From: a virus
Taxonomy: Duplodnaviria > Caudoviricetes
Length of the DNA stretch: 61,607 bases
Virus record (IMG/VR): IMGVR_UViG_3300010359_000002
Location: 1-61,607 of that record
Strand: one strand, 5' to 3'
This document shows positions 19,478-29,484 of the stretch, one piece after another. Position 1 is the stretch's first letter. The number at the start of each line of letters is the position of its first letter. The notes below the pieces were generated by a model that was not told the DNA's origin, ran no database searches, and saw nothing but the letters and a program-made list of their open reading frames with translations. The position numbers were made by a program, and so were the translations under genes.

Positions 19478-20569
19478 GTGGCCCTGACCGCCAACTACGG
19501 TCTGAACTACTTCGGGGGCGACGTCCCGGGCACCATCACCGACGACGGGGCCAAGTTCACCGGCTCGGACCGGGTCACCATCGACCGGCTCTTCAAGGCC
19601 CTGGCCTCCAGCACCCGCCACCGCCGCCCCACCGGCTCCGAGCTGGCCGCCAACCAGCCCACCGCCGCCCTCGGCACCGCCGGCGGCCTCCCCGGCGGCC
19701 GCACCTACGCCTACTGCGTGGCCCTGGTCGACGAGAACGGCCTGGAGACCGCCGTCGGACCCGAGGTGCTCATCTCCACCCCGGACATCCTCGTCGCCCC
19801 CGACGAGCCCGACATCGAGGAGATCGAGGACGGGACCCTCCAGCCGGCCCTGTACTTCTACGGCCTCACCGCCCTGCGCGGCACCGAGGAATCCCCGCTG
19901 TCCGCCCAGATCAGCATCACCCTCGACGAGGCCGCCGGCGTCCGGCTCACCCTGCCCACCCCACCGGCCGGCGCCGACAACTACCAGGTCTGGCGGGCGG
20001 CCGCCGGCGACGTCGGCTGGACCCGCATCGCCGTCGTCGCCGCCACCGGCGCCACCACCTTCGACGACGACGGCTCCGTGCCGGCCAACACCAACGCCGA
20101 CGACCCCGCCCAAGCCCCACCCGTCACCAACGCCGGCGTCGCCATCTACTCGATCACCATCACCCTCGCCACCGAAGACGCCGCCCTGTGCACCGACCGG
20201 GCCATCAGCGCCTGGCGGCTCTACCGCACCGAGACCCCCAGCGCCTACCCGGCCAACGCCCTCGTCCACCACGTCGTCGACCTCGACGACCCCGGCGACA
20301 CCGGCGACCCGGACCTCCCGCTGGTCACCGAGTGGGTCGACGAAGGCGACGTCCTGCTGTCCGGGGCACCGATCATCGCCAGCTCCGCCATGACCCTGGC
20401 CCCCTACGTCCTGGACGAGGCGACCGGATCTCTGCCCGACCCAGCCGACTACCCCACCAACTACCCGCTGCTGTTCGCCGGCCATCTCTACGCCAACGCC
20501 GGCGGCAGCTGGGTGTCGACCGGTGGAGCCCCGAGCTTCACCACGATCAGCAAGTTTGGAGTCGACTGA
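19478..20569 (+). CDS. Minor tail protein
   Basis: GTG 19478 with RBS GGAGG; repeated Fn3-like 'G.L..Y.Y..TA..ES' units and YQVWR/WRLYR motifs. Confidence 0.6.
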   Translation: MALTANYGLNYFGGDVPGTITDDGAKFTGSDRVTIDRLFKALASSTRHRRPTGSELAANQPTAALGTAGGLPGGRTYAYCVALVDENGLETAVGPEVLISTPDILVAPDEPDIEEIEDGTLQPALYFYGLTALRGTEESPLSAQISITLDEAAGVRLTLPTPPAGADNYQVWRAAAGDVGWTRIAVVAATGATTFDDDGSVPANTNADDPAQAPPVTNAGVAIYSITITLATEDAALCTDRAISAWRLYRTETPSAYPANALVHHVVDLDDPGDTGDPDLPLVTEWVDEGDVLLSGAPIIASSAMTLAPYVLDEATGSLPDPADYPTNYPLLFAGHLYANAGGSWVSTGGAPSFTTISKFGVD

Positions 20570-20892
20570 TGGCTGTAGATACCGCCGCCCGGCTGGTCGG
20601 CCCGGCCGCGTTGACCGGCACGCCCGACACGCTCTACACCGCACCCGCGGACGGCCACGCCATCCTGCGCAACATCCACGCGGTCAACCCCGACCCCGTC
20701 GTGGAAGCCCTCTTCACCATGTCGCTGGGCACCGATGCCCCGGAGAACCGGATCTTCCACACCATCATCCCGCCCTACGGCACGCTCGACTGGAGCGGCT
20801 TCATGGTGGTCATCGGCTCGGAGATCCTCCAGGCCGCAGCCCTCACCGGCACCATCACATTGACCGCCTCCGGGGTCGAGGTGACCCCGTGA
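20569..20892 (+). CDS. Small virion/tail protein
   Basis: ATG 20569 (TGATG coupling); 'TLYTAP...ILRNI...N' jelly-roll-like family common in tail regions. Confidence 0.55.
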   Translation: MAVDTAARLVGPAALTGTPDTLYTAPADGHAILRNIHAVNPDPVVEALFTMSLGTDAPENRIFHTIIPPYGTLDWSGFMVVIGSEILQAAALTGTITLTASGVEVTP

Positions 20893-21092
20893 CCCTGACC
20901 ATCCGCGGCTACGAGGGCACCCCGCCGCCGCCCGTGCTGTTCCGGGGCGGCTGGGACATCGACACCGCCTACGCCCCCGGCCACGTCGTGCAGTCCGCCA
21001 CCAGCCTCTACCAGGCCGTCGCCGACACCACCGGCGACGACCCGGGCACCGACGACGGCAGCCACTGGTTCCGCGTCTACGAGGGGGCGTGA
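20889..21092 (+). CDS. Small carbohydrate-binding-module-like protein
   Basis: 'W...TAY.PG.VV....LYQA......PG....W' resembles CBM5/12. Confidence 0.5.
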   Translation: MTLTIRGYEGTPPPPVLFRGGWDIDTAYAPGHVVQSATSLYQAVADTTGDDPGTDDGSHWFRVYEGA

Positions 21093-21448
21093 TGGCCGAC
21101 GTCCTGCCCGCCCAGGTAGCGCTGCGGCTCTACCGCGGCGACACCCGCGTCTGGGAAGACACCTTCTCCGTCGATGGCGCCCCGATGGACCTCACCGGGT
21201 ACACCTACCTCGCCCAGATCCGCGCCACGGCCGACGCCGAAGAGCCGATGGCCGTCCTCGACGTCGAGGTCATCGACGCCGTCGCCGGCCAGCTGCGCCG
21301 CACCCTGACCGCCACCGAGGCCGACAAGCTGGTGCCCGGCAAGGCCGCCTGGGACTTCCAGATCACCTCCGCCGACGGATACACCCGCACCGTCCTGGCC
21401 GGCCAGGTGGTCATCCTCGCCGACGTCTCCCGGGCGGTCACGCCGTGA
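21092..21448 (+). CDS. Tail fibre anchor / BppU-like protein
   Basis: 'RGDT...DLTGYT..AQIR...WDFQI...T.L.G' family typical of actinophage tails. Confidence 0.55.
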   Translation: MADVLPAQVALRLYRGDTRVWEDTFSVDGAPMDLTGYTYLAQIRATADAEEPMAVLDVEVIDAVAGQLRRTLTATEADKLVPGKAAWDFQITSADGYTRTVLAGQVVILADVSRAVTP

Positions 21449-21912
21449 CCATCGCCATCGAGACCAGCGACATCACCCCCGAGGTCGTCACCACCGACCG
21501 CTCCACCGTCACCACCATCACCACCCAGGACATCGGCGACGGCAGCCAGGCCCCGGTCACCACCGTCGCCAGCATCGAGGTCAGCGAACCCACCACCGTC
21601 GAGATCGCCAGCACCGATCCCGTCCTGGTCGTCGACATCAGTGAGGCCGGCGTCCCCGGCCCGCCCGGCATCCCCGGCCCCCAAGGTCCCGAAGGCCCCC
21701 AGGGCCCGGCCGGCGGCGGCGCCAGCGGCATGACCTTCACCCAGGACATCCCCTCCACCGAGTGGACCATCCCGCACGGCTTCGCCTACTTCCCGTCGGT
21801 GACCGTCTACGACACCACCGGCGCCGAGATCGACGTCGAGATCCTCCAAGCCCCCGGCGTCGTGACCATCCGGACCGTCCTGCCCACTGCCGGCCGGGCC
21901 TACCTGATCTGA
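21445..21912 (+). CDS. Collagen-repeat minor tail protein
   Basis: Thr-rich N-terminus, short GXY repeat, 'WTIPHG...PSVTV' C-terminal domain. Confidence 0.6.
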   Translation: MTIAIETSDITPEVVTTDRSTVTTITTQDIGDGSQAPVTTVASIEVSEPTTVEIASTDPVLVVDISEAGVPGPPGIPGPQGPEGPQGPAGGGASGMTFTQDIPSTEWTIPHGFAYFPSVTVYDTTGAEIDVEILQAPGVVTIRTVLPTAGRAYLI

Positions 21913-21928
21913 ACCGGGAGAGCGAGTC

Positions 21929-23080
21929 ATGGCCACCAAGCACTACAGCGCAGAGGACTTCCAGCGGATCCCGGTGCAGGGCCTGCGGCTGGAGAACCTG
22001 GGGGCCGCCCCGTCCAGCCCCAACACCGGCGACGTCTACTACGACAGCGTCCTGGGCTACGGGATGATGTACATCGCCACCTACGGGTGGGTGAAGTGCA
22101 GCGTCGCCCAGCTGGTCAACGCCGACATCGCCGCCGGCGCAGCCATCGCCCTGTCCAAGCTCGCCACCGACCCCCTCGCGCGGGCCAACCACACCGGCAC
22201 CCAGCTCGCCAGCACCATCTCCAACTTCGACACCCAGGTCAGGACGTCGCGCCTCGACCAGATGGCCGCCCCCACCTCCGCGCTCAACGCCAACGGCCAG
22301 CGCATCACCTCCCTCGCCGACCCCACCGGCGCCACCGACGCCGCCAACCAGCAGTGGGTCAACAACCAGATCGACGCCCGCGTCAACGGCCAGGACTGGA
22401 AGGCATCCGTCCGCGTCGCCAGCACCGCCAACGTCACCCTCTCCGCCCCCGGCGCCAGCATCGACGGCGTCGCCCTGGTCGCCGGCGACCGCGTCCTGCT
22501 GCGCGCCCAGACCGCCGGCGCAGAGAACGGCATCTGGGTCTGGAACGGCGCCGCCGTCGCCATGACCCGCGCCACCGACGCCGACGTCAGCGCCGAAGTC
22601 ACCGCCGGCATGACCGTCCCCGTCACCGAAGGCACCACCCTCGGCGACACCATCTGGCTGCTGACCACCAACGACGCCATCACCCTCGGCACCACCGCCC
22701 TGGCCTTCACCCAGATCGCCGGCGCAGGCGCCTACACCGCCGGCACCGGCCTGACCCTGACCGGCAACGTCTTCTCCCTCACCAACCCCGTCACCGTCGC
22801 TCTCGGCGGCACCGGGGCCGCCACCGCACTGGCCGCCCGCAGCAACCTCAACGCCGCCACCAAGGGCTGGGCCGCCGACGTCGGGGCCCTGACCGCCGGC
22901 GTCGGCCTGGCCATCGCCCACGGCCTCGGCACCGCCGACCTGGCCACCGAGGTCCGCGACAAGGCCAGCGGTGCACTCGTGCGGATCGACACCGTCGTGG
23001 ACACCACCTACGTCACCCTGACATCGGCCATCGCCGTGTCCGCCGGCGTACTGCGGGTGGCCGTCTCGACGGCGGTGTAG
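21929..23080 (+). CDS. Tail fibre protein
   Basis: 'WKASVRVASTANVTLS...IDGVAL..GDRVLL..Q....NGIWV' fibre domain, followed by GTG repeats. Confidence 0.7.
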   Translation: MATKHYSAEDFQRIPVQGLRLENLGAAPSSPNTGDVYYDSVLGYGMMYIATYGWVKCSVAQLVNADIAAGAAIALSKLATDPLARANHTGTQLASTISNFDTQVRTSRLDQMAAPTSALNANGQRITSLADPTGATDAANQQWVNNQIDARVNGQDWKASVRVASTANVTLSAPGASIDGVALVAGDRVLLRAQTAGAENGIWVWNGAAVAMTRATDADVSAEVTAGMTVPVTEGTTLGDTIWLLTTNDAITLGTTALAFTQIAGAGAYTAGTGLTLTGNVFSLTNPVTVALGGTGAATALAARSNLNAATKGWAADVGALTAGVGLAIAHGLGTADLATEVRDKASGALVRIDTVVDTTYVTLTSAIAVSAGVLRVAVSTAV

Positions 23081-23083
23081 CCC

Positions 23084-25516
23084 GTGAGGAACTACAGCAA
23101 CGAGCGGATCGAGGGCACGCTCGACGTCCTGGGCAAGTCCTACGCCTCGGCCAACAGCCTCCTGGCCCTCGGCGCAGTCACCGGCGACGCCAGCACCCTG
23201 ACCGGCGGCACCACCCCCAGCGGCTCCCCGATGACCGCAGTCGGCGACAAGCTCGACCTCTACAACGGCCAGTACGGCTTCGGCCTCCAGGCCAGCCGCG
23301 TCGTCTGCTACGTGCCCAGCGGCACCGGTTTCGCCGTCCGCGCCAACGCCGCCAGCGGCGCCCGCAGCAGCGGCACCGACGCCGTCAGCCTCCTGGCCAA
23401 CGGCAACGTCAACGCCGCCGGCACCATCGCCGGCTCAGCAGTCTCGGCCACCAGCAACGTCGCAGCCCCCATCCTCAGCCAGACCGGCGCAGCGACCTAC
23501 CTCGGCCTCAACGGCTACCAGCGGGACTCACTCCTCCCGCTCGGCCTCGGCGCCAAGATGTCGCACGACAAGACCCGGTTCAAGACCCCCACCCTCGTCG
23601 AGGTCTCCGCAGCCAGCGACAACACCGGCTGGACCACCTCCGGCGCCTACACCGCCGCCCAGATCCGTGACGTGCTCCTGACCGGCCGTACCGACGCCGG
23701 CACCGTAGCCCTGACGGTGGCCCTGCCTGGTCTGCGGATCACCGGCACCGGCCTGGCCGCCGCGTACATCCACCACGTCCTCGTCGGCTTCGGCTACCAG
23801 CCCGGCACTGCCCTGCGCGTCATCTACGAGACCAGCATCGACGGCTCCAGCTGGACCAGCCGCGCCGATGCCAGTACCGCGGACGGATCAGTCCGATGGT
23901 TCGCCCTGCCGACCACCGACCCCGGCACCGGCGACTACTGGCGCGTCACACTGCTGGCCACCACCATCCCCGGCACCATCAACATCCGCTCACTGCAGGT
24001 GCTGTCCTCCCGCCCCGGCGATCAGGGCACCGGCGAGCAGACCGACCTGCCCTACAGCTGGGACGGCAGCAAGGTCGTCTACGCCGCCAACCGGTTCCGG
24101 GCCGGTTTCGTGGCCGCCACCGCCACCAACTCCCCGCTGACCACTTCGGCGGCTGAGTTCGAGCTGACCAGCCAGAGCATCGTCACCATCGGTGAAGCCA
24201 CTGCCGGCGACGCCAACCCCGCCATCACGATGTACCGCACCGCTAGCGGCACCCGATCCGGCCGCGCCTTCCGGCAGCGCCTGTCTTCCAGCCTCGGCCC
24301 GTTCATCACCGAGTGGGGCGGCAGCAACTCCGCCTACGGCGCCGAGACCTACACCGAAGCCAGCCGTGTCGACACCTCCGGCAACCTCACCCAGGCTGGC
24401 TTCGTCGTCGCCGGTGGCCTGCTGACCGCGTACAACGGCCTCACCAACCAGATGCGGCTCGTCGGCAGCACCGCCGCCGCCGCACCCACGTCCGGCACGT
24501 GGATGGTCGGCGACACGGTGATCGCCCGCAGCGACGGCCGGATGTACACCTGCATCGTCGCCGGCACCCCCGGCACCTGGGTCCACGTCGGCGCCCCCGC
24601 CGTCGCCGCCGCCACCAAGACCCTCACCGCCGTCAACGCCCCGGCCCCGTTCGCCTCCGAGTACCTCTTCACCGCCACCCTCGACAAGAGCGGCTACCTC
24701 CTGCGCCCCCCCGGCGCCCCCGGCTATGTCCAGAACACCAGCGGCCGCCTGTCCTACGCGGCCGCCAGCATCACCGGCGACCTCGACGTGCGGTACAAGG
24801 CGGCGATGGCCGACTGGACCCCCTCGGCCGCCCAGATCTTCGCGGCCAAGACCGACGGCAGCACCACCACGGCCTGGGGGTGGGCCTTCTACATCTCCAG
24901 CACCGGCACGCTGGCCCTGATCGTGACCCCGGACGGCCAGTTCGCCTCCCGCACCACCTACGTCAGCAGCGCCAGCGTCCCGTTCACCGACGGCAACACC
25001 GGCTGGGTCCGGGTCACCTACGACGCCGACAACGGCTCCGGCAACGCAGCCGTCACCTTCTACACCAGCACCGACGGCAGCTCCTGGACCCAGCTCGGCG
25101 TCGGACGCACCGGCCCCGTCGGCAACATCTACGACAACGCCGCAGTGCCCTACACCCTCGGCGCCTACAGCAACCTCAACGCCAACAACATGGTCGGCGA
25201 CATCCTCTACGCCGAAATCCGCAACGGCATCGGCGGCACCAACGTCGTCCCCACCGACCCGTCCTCCTGGACGCTGCAGGGCGGCACCGCGGTCCTGTGG
25301 ACACCAGGCACCCCACTGGCCGGCACCAAGATCCGGCTGGGCCTGACCCAGGACGGCACCGGCTCCCGCACCGTGACCTGGCCCTCCAACGTCAAGTGGC
25401 CCGGAGGCACAGCCCCGACCATCAGCACCGCCGCCGGCGCCCAGGACTATCTGGAGCTGGACTGCGTGGACGGCACCAACTGGCTGGGCCGCACCCTCGG
25501 CTTGGCGTACGCGTAG
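23084..25516 (+). CDS. Tail fibre / receptor-binding protein with a LamG-like lectin domain
   Basis: 810 aa, G/T/S-rich; two S.DG..W motifs; C-terminal 'TQDGTGSRTVTWP..VKW.GGTAPT' fibre domain. Confidence 0.7.
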   Translation: MRNYSNERIEGTLDVLGKSYASANSLLALGAVTGDASTLTGGTTPSGSPMTAVGDKLDLYNGQYGFGLQASRVVCYVPSGTGFAVRANAASGARSSGTDAVSLLANGNVNAAGTIAGSAVSATSNVAAPILSQTGAATYLGLNGYQRDSLLPLGLGAKMSHDKTRFKTPTLVEVSAASDNTGWTTSGAYTAAQIRDVLLTGRTDAGTVALTVALPGLRITGTGLAAAYIHHVLVGFGYQPGTALRVIYETSIDGSSWTSRADASTADGSVRWFALPTTDPGTGDYWRVTLLATTIPGTINIRSLQVLSSRPGDQGTGEQTDLPYSWDGSKVVYAANRFRAGFVAATATNSPLTTSAAEFELTSQSIVTIGEATAGDANPAITMYRTASGTRSGRAFRQRLSSSLGPFITEWGGSNSAYGAETYTEASRVDTSGNLTQAGFVVAGGLLTAYNGLTNQMRLVGSTAAAAPTSGTWMVGDTVIARSDGRMYTCIVAGTPGTWVHVGAPAVAAATKTLTAVNAPAPFASEYLFTATLDKSGYLLRPPGAPGYVQNTSGRLSYAAASITGDLDVRYKAAMADWTPSAAQIFAAKTDGSTTTAWGWAFYISSTGTLALIVTPDGQFASRTTYVSSASVPFTDGNTGWVRVTYDADNGSGNAAVTFYTSTDGSSWTQLGVGRTGPVGNIYDNAAVPYTLGAYSNLNANNMVGDILYAEIRNGIGGTNVVPTDPSSWTLQGGTAVLWTPGTPLAGTKIRLGLTQDGTGSRTVTWPSNVKWPGGTAPTISTAAGAQDYLELDCVDGTNWLGRTLGLAYA

Positions 25517-25558
25517 CGGATCCATCAGCTCCGAACCCGGGCGTGACGACGAAAGCCC

Positions 25559-26023
25559 GTGCCCCAGAGCCCCGGCGCGATCCGCGCCTCCGTCCTGGTC
25601 TTCCTGGCCGCGTTGTCCACGCTGGCCGTCGGCGCGCTCATCCTCGCCGGAGGACCCACCCGGTTCACCAGCCCGGCGCTGGCCACCGCCCGCGCCGTCG
25701 CGCCGTGGTGGGGCTGGGGCTCGGCCATGCTGCTATCCGGGCTACTGGCCACCGGCGGAGCCTGGGCACACCGGATGTGGCTGGCCCGCATCGGCCACAC
25801 CATGTCCAGCGCCGTCTACCTCTTCTGGGTCATCACCCTCGGCTTTGGCGTCGCCCGGACCCCCACCACTGCCATGACCGGACTCGGGATCTACACCGGC
25901 TTCGCGATGATCCACGCCTTCGCGGCCGCCACCGCAGACCTCGAACTGTCCACCCGACACGCCAACGCCACCAGCACCGAGGCCCGCCGCAACTACGACC
26001 GGGCGATGCGAGATGAGGTCTGA
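25559..26023 (+). CDS. Membrane protein (about 4 TM), lysis cassette
   Basis: Four hydrophobic helices. Confidence 0.6.
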   Translation: MPQSPGAIRASVLVFLAALSTLAVGALILAGGPTRFTSPALATARAVAPWWGWGSAMLLSGLLATGGAWAHRMWLARIGHTMSSAVYLFWVITLGFGVARTPTTAMTGLGIYTGFAMIHAFAAATADLELSTRHANATSTEARRNYDRAMRDEV

Positions 26024-26439
26024 TGGACCCCTCGGCCATCATCACCCTCGCCGTGGCCATCATCTCCTCCGGGCTGCTGACCACCGCCGCAAGCCAATGG
26101 TGGTCACGCAAGCGCAGCCGCGCCGACACCGCTGCCATCCTCAACGAGACCGCGCTCGAACTGATCGTGCCCCAGCGTGAGCAGATCAAGGAGATGCGCG
26201 GCGAGCTGGACTTCCTGCGGCAACGCACCGCCAGCTTGGAACGCCGGGAGCGGGAGATCCTCGAAGCCCTCTCCCAGCACGCCGCCTGGGACATGATCGC
26301 CCGCGCCACCCTGGCCGCCTCCAAGATCGACGTCCCCGAGATGCCGCCGCTCTACCCCTCCGGCCTGAGCCGGCGTGAGGAGTACACCCGCTCCGATGAC
26401 GTCGTCGAGCGCCGCCGTAACGCCGAGGAGAGCGCATGA
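26023..26439 (+). CDS. Membrane-anchored coiled-coil protein, lysis cassette
   Basis: N-terminal TM helix followed by a coiled coil. Confidence 0.6.
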   Translation: MDPSAIITLAVAIISSGLLTTAASQWWSRKRSRADTAAILNETALELIVPQREQIKEMRGELDFLRQRTASLERREREILEALSQHAAWDMIARATLAASKIDVPEMPPLYPSGLSRREEYTRSDDVVERRRNAEESA

Positions 26440-27089
26440 ACCGCGTCCGCATCCGCCGGGCAGCCGAGCGCAGCCGGCCCTACATCCTGGTGCTTGCCGC
26501 CGGCGCCCTGATCTGGGCCCTCCTGTCGCTCTTCCTGATGTTCAACCGGCAGGGCGAGACCGTGGACGCCCTGGCCACCGCCCTGAAGGCCGAGCAGGAC
26601 CGAGCCCGAGCCGAAGGGCTGCGCCCCGCGGCCGCCTCCGCCGAGCAGATCCTGCGGGACCCCGCCAGCGCACCCGGCCCCGTCGGTCCGGCCGGCCCGG
26701 AAGGCCGACAGGGGCGACCCGGCGAGGCCGGGCCCAGCGGGGCCCCGGGCCGCGACGGAGTCCCCGGACCTACCGGCCCTACCGGGGCGCCCGGTCTCGA
26801 CGGCAAGGACGGCCAGGACGGCAAGGACGGTCAGGACGGCCCCGCCGGCCAGGACGGCGCCCCGGGCGCCCCCGGCGAACCCGGCCCCACCGGAGCGCCT
26901 GGACCCGCCGGCGCAGACGGCCGCCCCGGCCCGGCCTGCCCTGACGGGTTCAGCCCGACCGTGGTCACCCTGGCCGCCGGCGTCGCGACGATCTGCCTGA
27001 CGAGCCCGGAACCCACCACGACAACCACGACCACCACCACCGAATCCCCGACCGAGTCGCCGACACCCCAGGTGACCGAACCGCCGTGA
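26436..27089 (+). CDS. Membrane-anchored collagen-like protein
   Basis: One TM helix, roughly 30 GXY triplets, a Cys pair and a poly-Thr tail. Confidence 0.7.
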   Translation: MNRVRIRRAAERSRPYILVLAAGALIWALLSLFLMFNRQGETVDALATALKAEQDRARAEGLRPAAASAEQILRDPASAPGPVGPAGPEGRQGRPGEAGPSGAPGRDGVPGPTGPTGAPGLDGKDGQDGKDGQDGPAGQDGAPGAPGEPGPTGAPGPAGADGRPGPACPDGFSPTVVTLAAGVATICLTSPEPTTTTTTTTTESPTESPTPQVTEPP

Positions 27090-27105
27090 CCCCCTGGGGG
27101 AAGTC

Positions 27106-27435
27106 GTGAGCAGCCCCAACGATCTCCAGATGTGGTCCGCCCTGGTGGGCGGCGTGGCGCCACTGGTCGTCGCGGTCGTGCAGCAGCCCAGCTGGGGCCG
27201 ACCTGTGCGTGCCGTCGTGACCCTGGTGCTGTGCCTCCTGTTCGGGGCGGGCACCGCCTACTTCAACGACCAGTTCAACGGCCGGGCCATCATCTCCTCC
27301 GTGCTGGTCGTGCTCTTCGCCGCCTGGACTAGCTACCTCGGGTTGTGGAAGCCAACGCGCGTTGCCCCGGCCATCGAGGCCACCACCAGCCCGGCCGCCA
27401 CCACCAGTCCCGACGCCGGCGAGGTGGCACCGTGA
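27106..27435 (+). CDS. Holin
   Basis: Three TM helices; 'WSAL.G...PL.VAVV.Q..W' and 'Y.G.WKPT' actinophage holin pattern; adjacent to the endolysin. Confidence 0.65.
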   Translation: MSSPNDLQMWSALVGGVAPLVVAVVQQPSWGRPVRAVVTLVLCLLFGAGTAYFNDQFNGRAIISSVLVVLFAAWTSYLGLWKPTRVAPAIEATTSPAATTSPDAGEVAP

Positions 27436-28025
27436 CCTCCTGGCGCGTGGCCCGCGGCCTGGACATCCTGCTGGAGGAGATCAACGACGCCGCACCACGC
27501 CGCAGCAAGATCTCCGACGGCTCGATCGGCGACCAGGCCCACCGGCAGCGCGTCTCCGAGCACAACCCCGACCGGTACGGCGTGGTCGCCGCCCGGGACT
27601 ACACCCACGACCCGGTCCACGGCGCCGACATGGCCCGGCTGAGCAAGTTCCTGGTCACCTACCCGCACCCGGCGCTGTGGTACGTGATCTTCCAGGGCCG
27701 CATCGCCAACCGGAAGACGGGCTTCCGCTGGACCGCCTACACCGGGCCCAACCGGCACGACCACCACATGCACGTGAGCACCGGCCCGCATCCGGCCTAC
27801 GACGACGGCCACGCCTGGGGCGCCGCCCTGGCCTGGCGCGCTCCCCAGCAGCTGCGCATCGGCGCCCGCAGCGAGGACGTCGCCTTCCTCCAGCGGATGC
27901 TCAAGGTGCCCCGCACCAACGTCCTGGACGCCACCACCCTTGCCGCGGTCCGCAAGTACCAGGCCGCGCACAAGCTGACGGTGGACGGCATCGTCGGCCC
28001 CAAGACCTGGGGGATGATCCTGTGA
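27432..28025 (+). CDS. Endolysin (M15/LAS-type Zn peptidase + peptidoglycan-binding domain)
   Basis: DG.IGD.AH..SEHNPD..ARD and HMHVS motifs; C-terminal 'AVRKYQ....LTVDGIVGPKTW' PG_binding_1 domain. Confidence 0.8.
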   Translation: MTSWRVARGLDILLEEINDAAPRRSKISDGSIGDQAHRQRVSEHNPDRYGVVAARDYTHDPVHGADMARLSKFLVTYPHPALWYVIFQGRIANRKTGFRWTAYTGPNRHDHHMHVSTGPHPAYDDGHAWGAALAWRAPQQLRIGARSEDVAFLQRMLKVPRTNVLDATTLAAVRKYQAAHKLTVDGIVGPKTWGMIL

Positions 28026-28336
28026 GGTTCCACCGCCGCGCCGGCCACCAGGAGCTGCAGGTCGAGGCCCCGGACGACGTGGCCGAGCGCATCAAGCAGC
28101 ACGTCCGGCAGATGAACGGCAACCCCCGAGCCCCGCACTGCGACAGCACGATCCTGCACGCCCCGGGGGAGTGCACCTACTGCGACGGGCACCCGGACTG
28201 GCAGCACCTGCGGGTGCTGTGGCGGGTCAACTTCACCGGCCACCACGACGTCAGCAAGGCGCCGTGCCCGTCCACCTACTCCCGCCCGGAGGAGGTCCGG
28301 GACGCCTGGGACCGCAACCGTCCGGTGCCGTCTTGA
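28022..28336 (+). CDS. Hypothetical Cys/His-rich protein
   Basis: GTG 28022 overlaps the endolysin stop; HC...H...C..C pattern. Confidence 0.55.
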   Translation: MRFHRRAGHQELQVEAPDDVAERIKQHVRQMNGNPRAPHCDSTILHAPGECTYCDGHPDWQHLRVLWRVNFTGHHDVSKAPCPSTYSRPEEVRDAWDRNRPVPS

Positions 28337-28368
28337 TCCCCAGCTGATCCACAGCGTCATCCCCAGCG

Positions 28369-28448
28369 CAACGGCCGTTCACCGGCACATCACGGAGACG
28401 TCTCCGAACCGCCCTTGACCAGCGGGAACAGCCGGTGAACGGCCGTTG
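28369..28448. repeat. 18-bp perfect inverted repeat whose arms each contain an AAC-GGCC-GTT box
   Basis: CAACGGCCGTTCACCGGC (28369-86) / GCCGGTGAACGGCCGTTG (28431-48), upstream of the replication operon. Confidence 0.7.
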
Positions 28449-28530
28449 GCGCCCTCGTCCTGGTGACACTGAGCTTGCCTCGCTCACTGAGCGTGCTCGT
28501 AGCGTCACTCCACAGGAAGGGGGTGACGAC

Positions 28531-29466
28531 ATGAAGATCCGACAGTCCGACCTGGCCTCATACGCACGCTGCGCTCGCCAGGTCAAGCTCGAGACCCTGG
28601 ACATCTCCGAGGGCCGCCGTCCGGACAACCTGTCCGCGACCGCCTTCGGCACCGTGATCCACCACGCAGCCCAGGTACTGGAGCAGCTGCACCACGAAGG
28701 CCGTGACGACGCGCTGGAGCGCGCGGTCGCCACGTTCGAGCACCACTGGCACCACGACAACATCGAGACCCTCGTGCCCGGCGGCATCGATCAGTGGCTG
28801 CCCCGCCAGACCTATGGCGGCCTGCTCATCCGCGGCCGCGAGAACCTGCGCACCTACCACGCCGCGCTGCAGCACGACGCCGGCCGCCTGCTGGCCCTGG
28901 AGCTGACCTTCGGCGTGCCGATCCGCCTGCAGTGGCCCGACGGCTCATCCGAGGACCACGAGCTGACCGGCACCGTCGACCGCCTGGCTCTGCGTGTTAC
29001 CGGCCGCAAGCCCTATCTGAGCGTGGACGACTTCAAGTCCGGCGCCAAGCCGACCTACCTGCGCCACGCCCTGCAATGGACGATCTACGGCTGGGCCAGC
29101 CTGTGGCCGGAGTTCTGGGCCCACTGGGAGCCTGACCAGCTCGCGCTCATCCAGGATCCGTTGCGCAAGAGGGGACTTGCCCTCTACTTCGACGATTCCG
29201 GCCTGCCCGTGATCCCGCGGCGAGGCCGCTGGATCGCGCTGCGCGACGCCTTCGGCATCCACGACTGCGGCTGGCGCACGCCGGCCGACTACGCCCGCAT
29301 GCGTGCGGCCCTGCAGCAGTACATCGCGGCCGTCCGCGCCGACATCTATCCCCTGGCCATCAGCGGCCAGACGTGCACCTACTGCCCGTTCCTCTACTCC
29401 GGCAGGTGTTCTGGCGTTCCCCACAGCAAGGACGACGAGGGAGCGCCCTACACGACCGGGGTCTGA
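28531..29466 (+). CDS. PD-(D/E)XK RecB/Cas4-like exonuclease
   Basis: C near the N-terminus, GT.IH, G.VDRL..DFKSG, Q..IY, and C-terminal C..C.....C cluster ligands. Confidence 0.85.
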   Translation: MKIRQSDLASYARCARQVKLETLDISEGRRPDNLSATAFGTVIHHAAQVLEQLHHEGRDDALERAVATFEHHWHHDNIETLVPGGIDQWLPRQTYGGLLIRGRENLRTYHAALQHDAGRLLALELTFGVPIRLQWPDGSSEDHELTGTVDRLALRVTGRKPYLSVDDFKSGAKPTYLRHALQWTIYGWASLWPEFWAHWEPDQLALIQDPLRKRGLALYFDDSGLPVIPRRGRWIALRDAFGIHDCGWRTPADYARMRAALQQYIAAVRADIYPLAISGQTCTYCPFLYSGRCSGVPHSKDDEGAPYTTGV

Positions 29467-29484
29467 TACCCGGAGGAAAGACCC

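Noticed and set aside
23084-25516. Diversity-generating retroelement or invertible fibre cassette
   Set aside because: No reverse transcriptase, no TR/VR pair and no flanking inversion sites seen; the repeated S.DG..W motifs are protein-level.
26670-26935. DNA tandem repeats (GACGGCAAG/GACGGCCAG)
   Set aside because: Explained by collagen GXY coding.
28531-29466. Cas4 as part of a CRISPR system
   Set aside because: Stand-alone RecB/Cas4-like exonuclease in a standard exonuclease-Sak4-SSB module.
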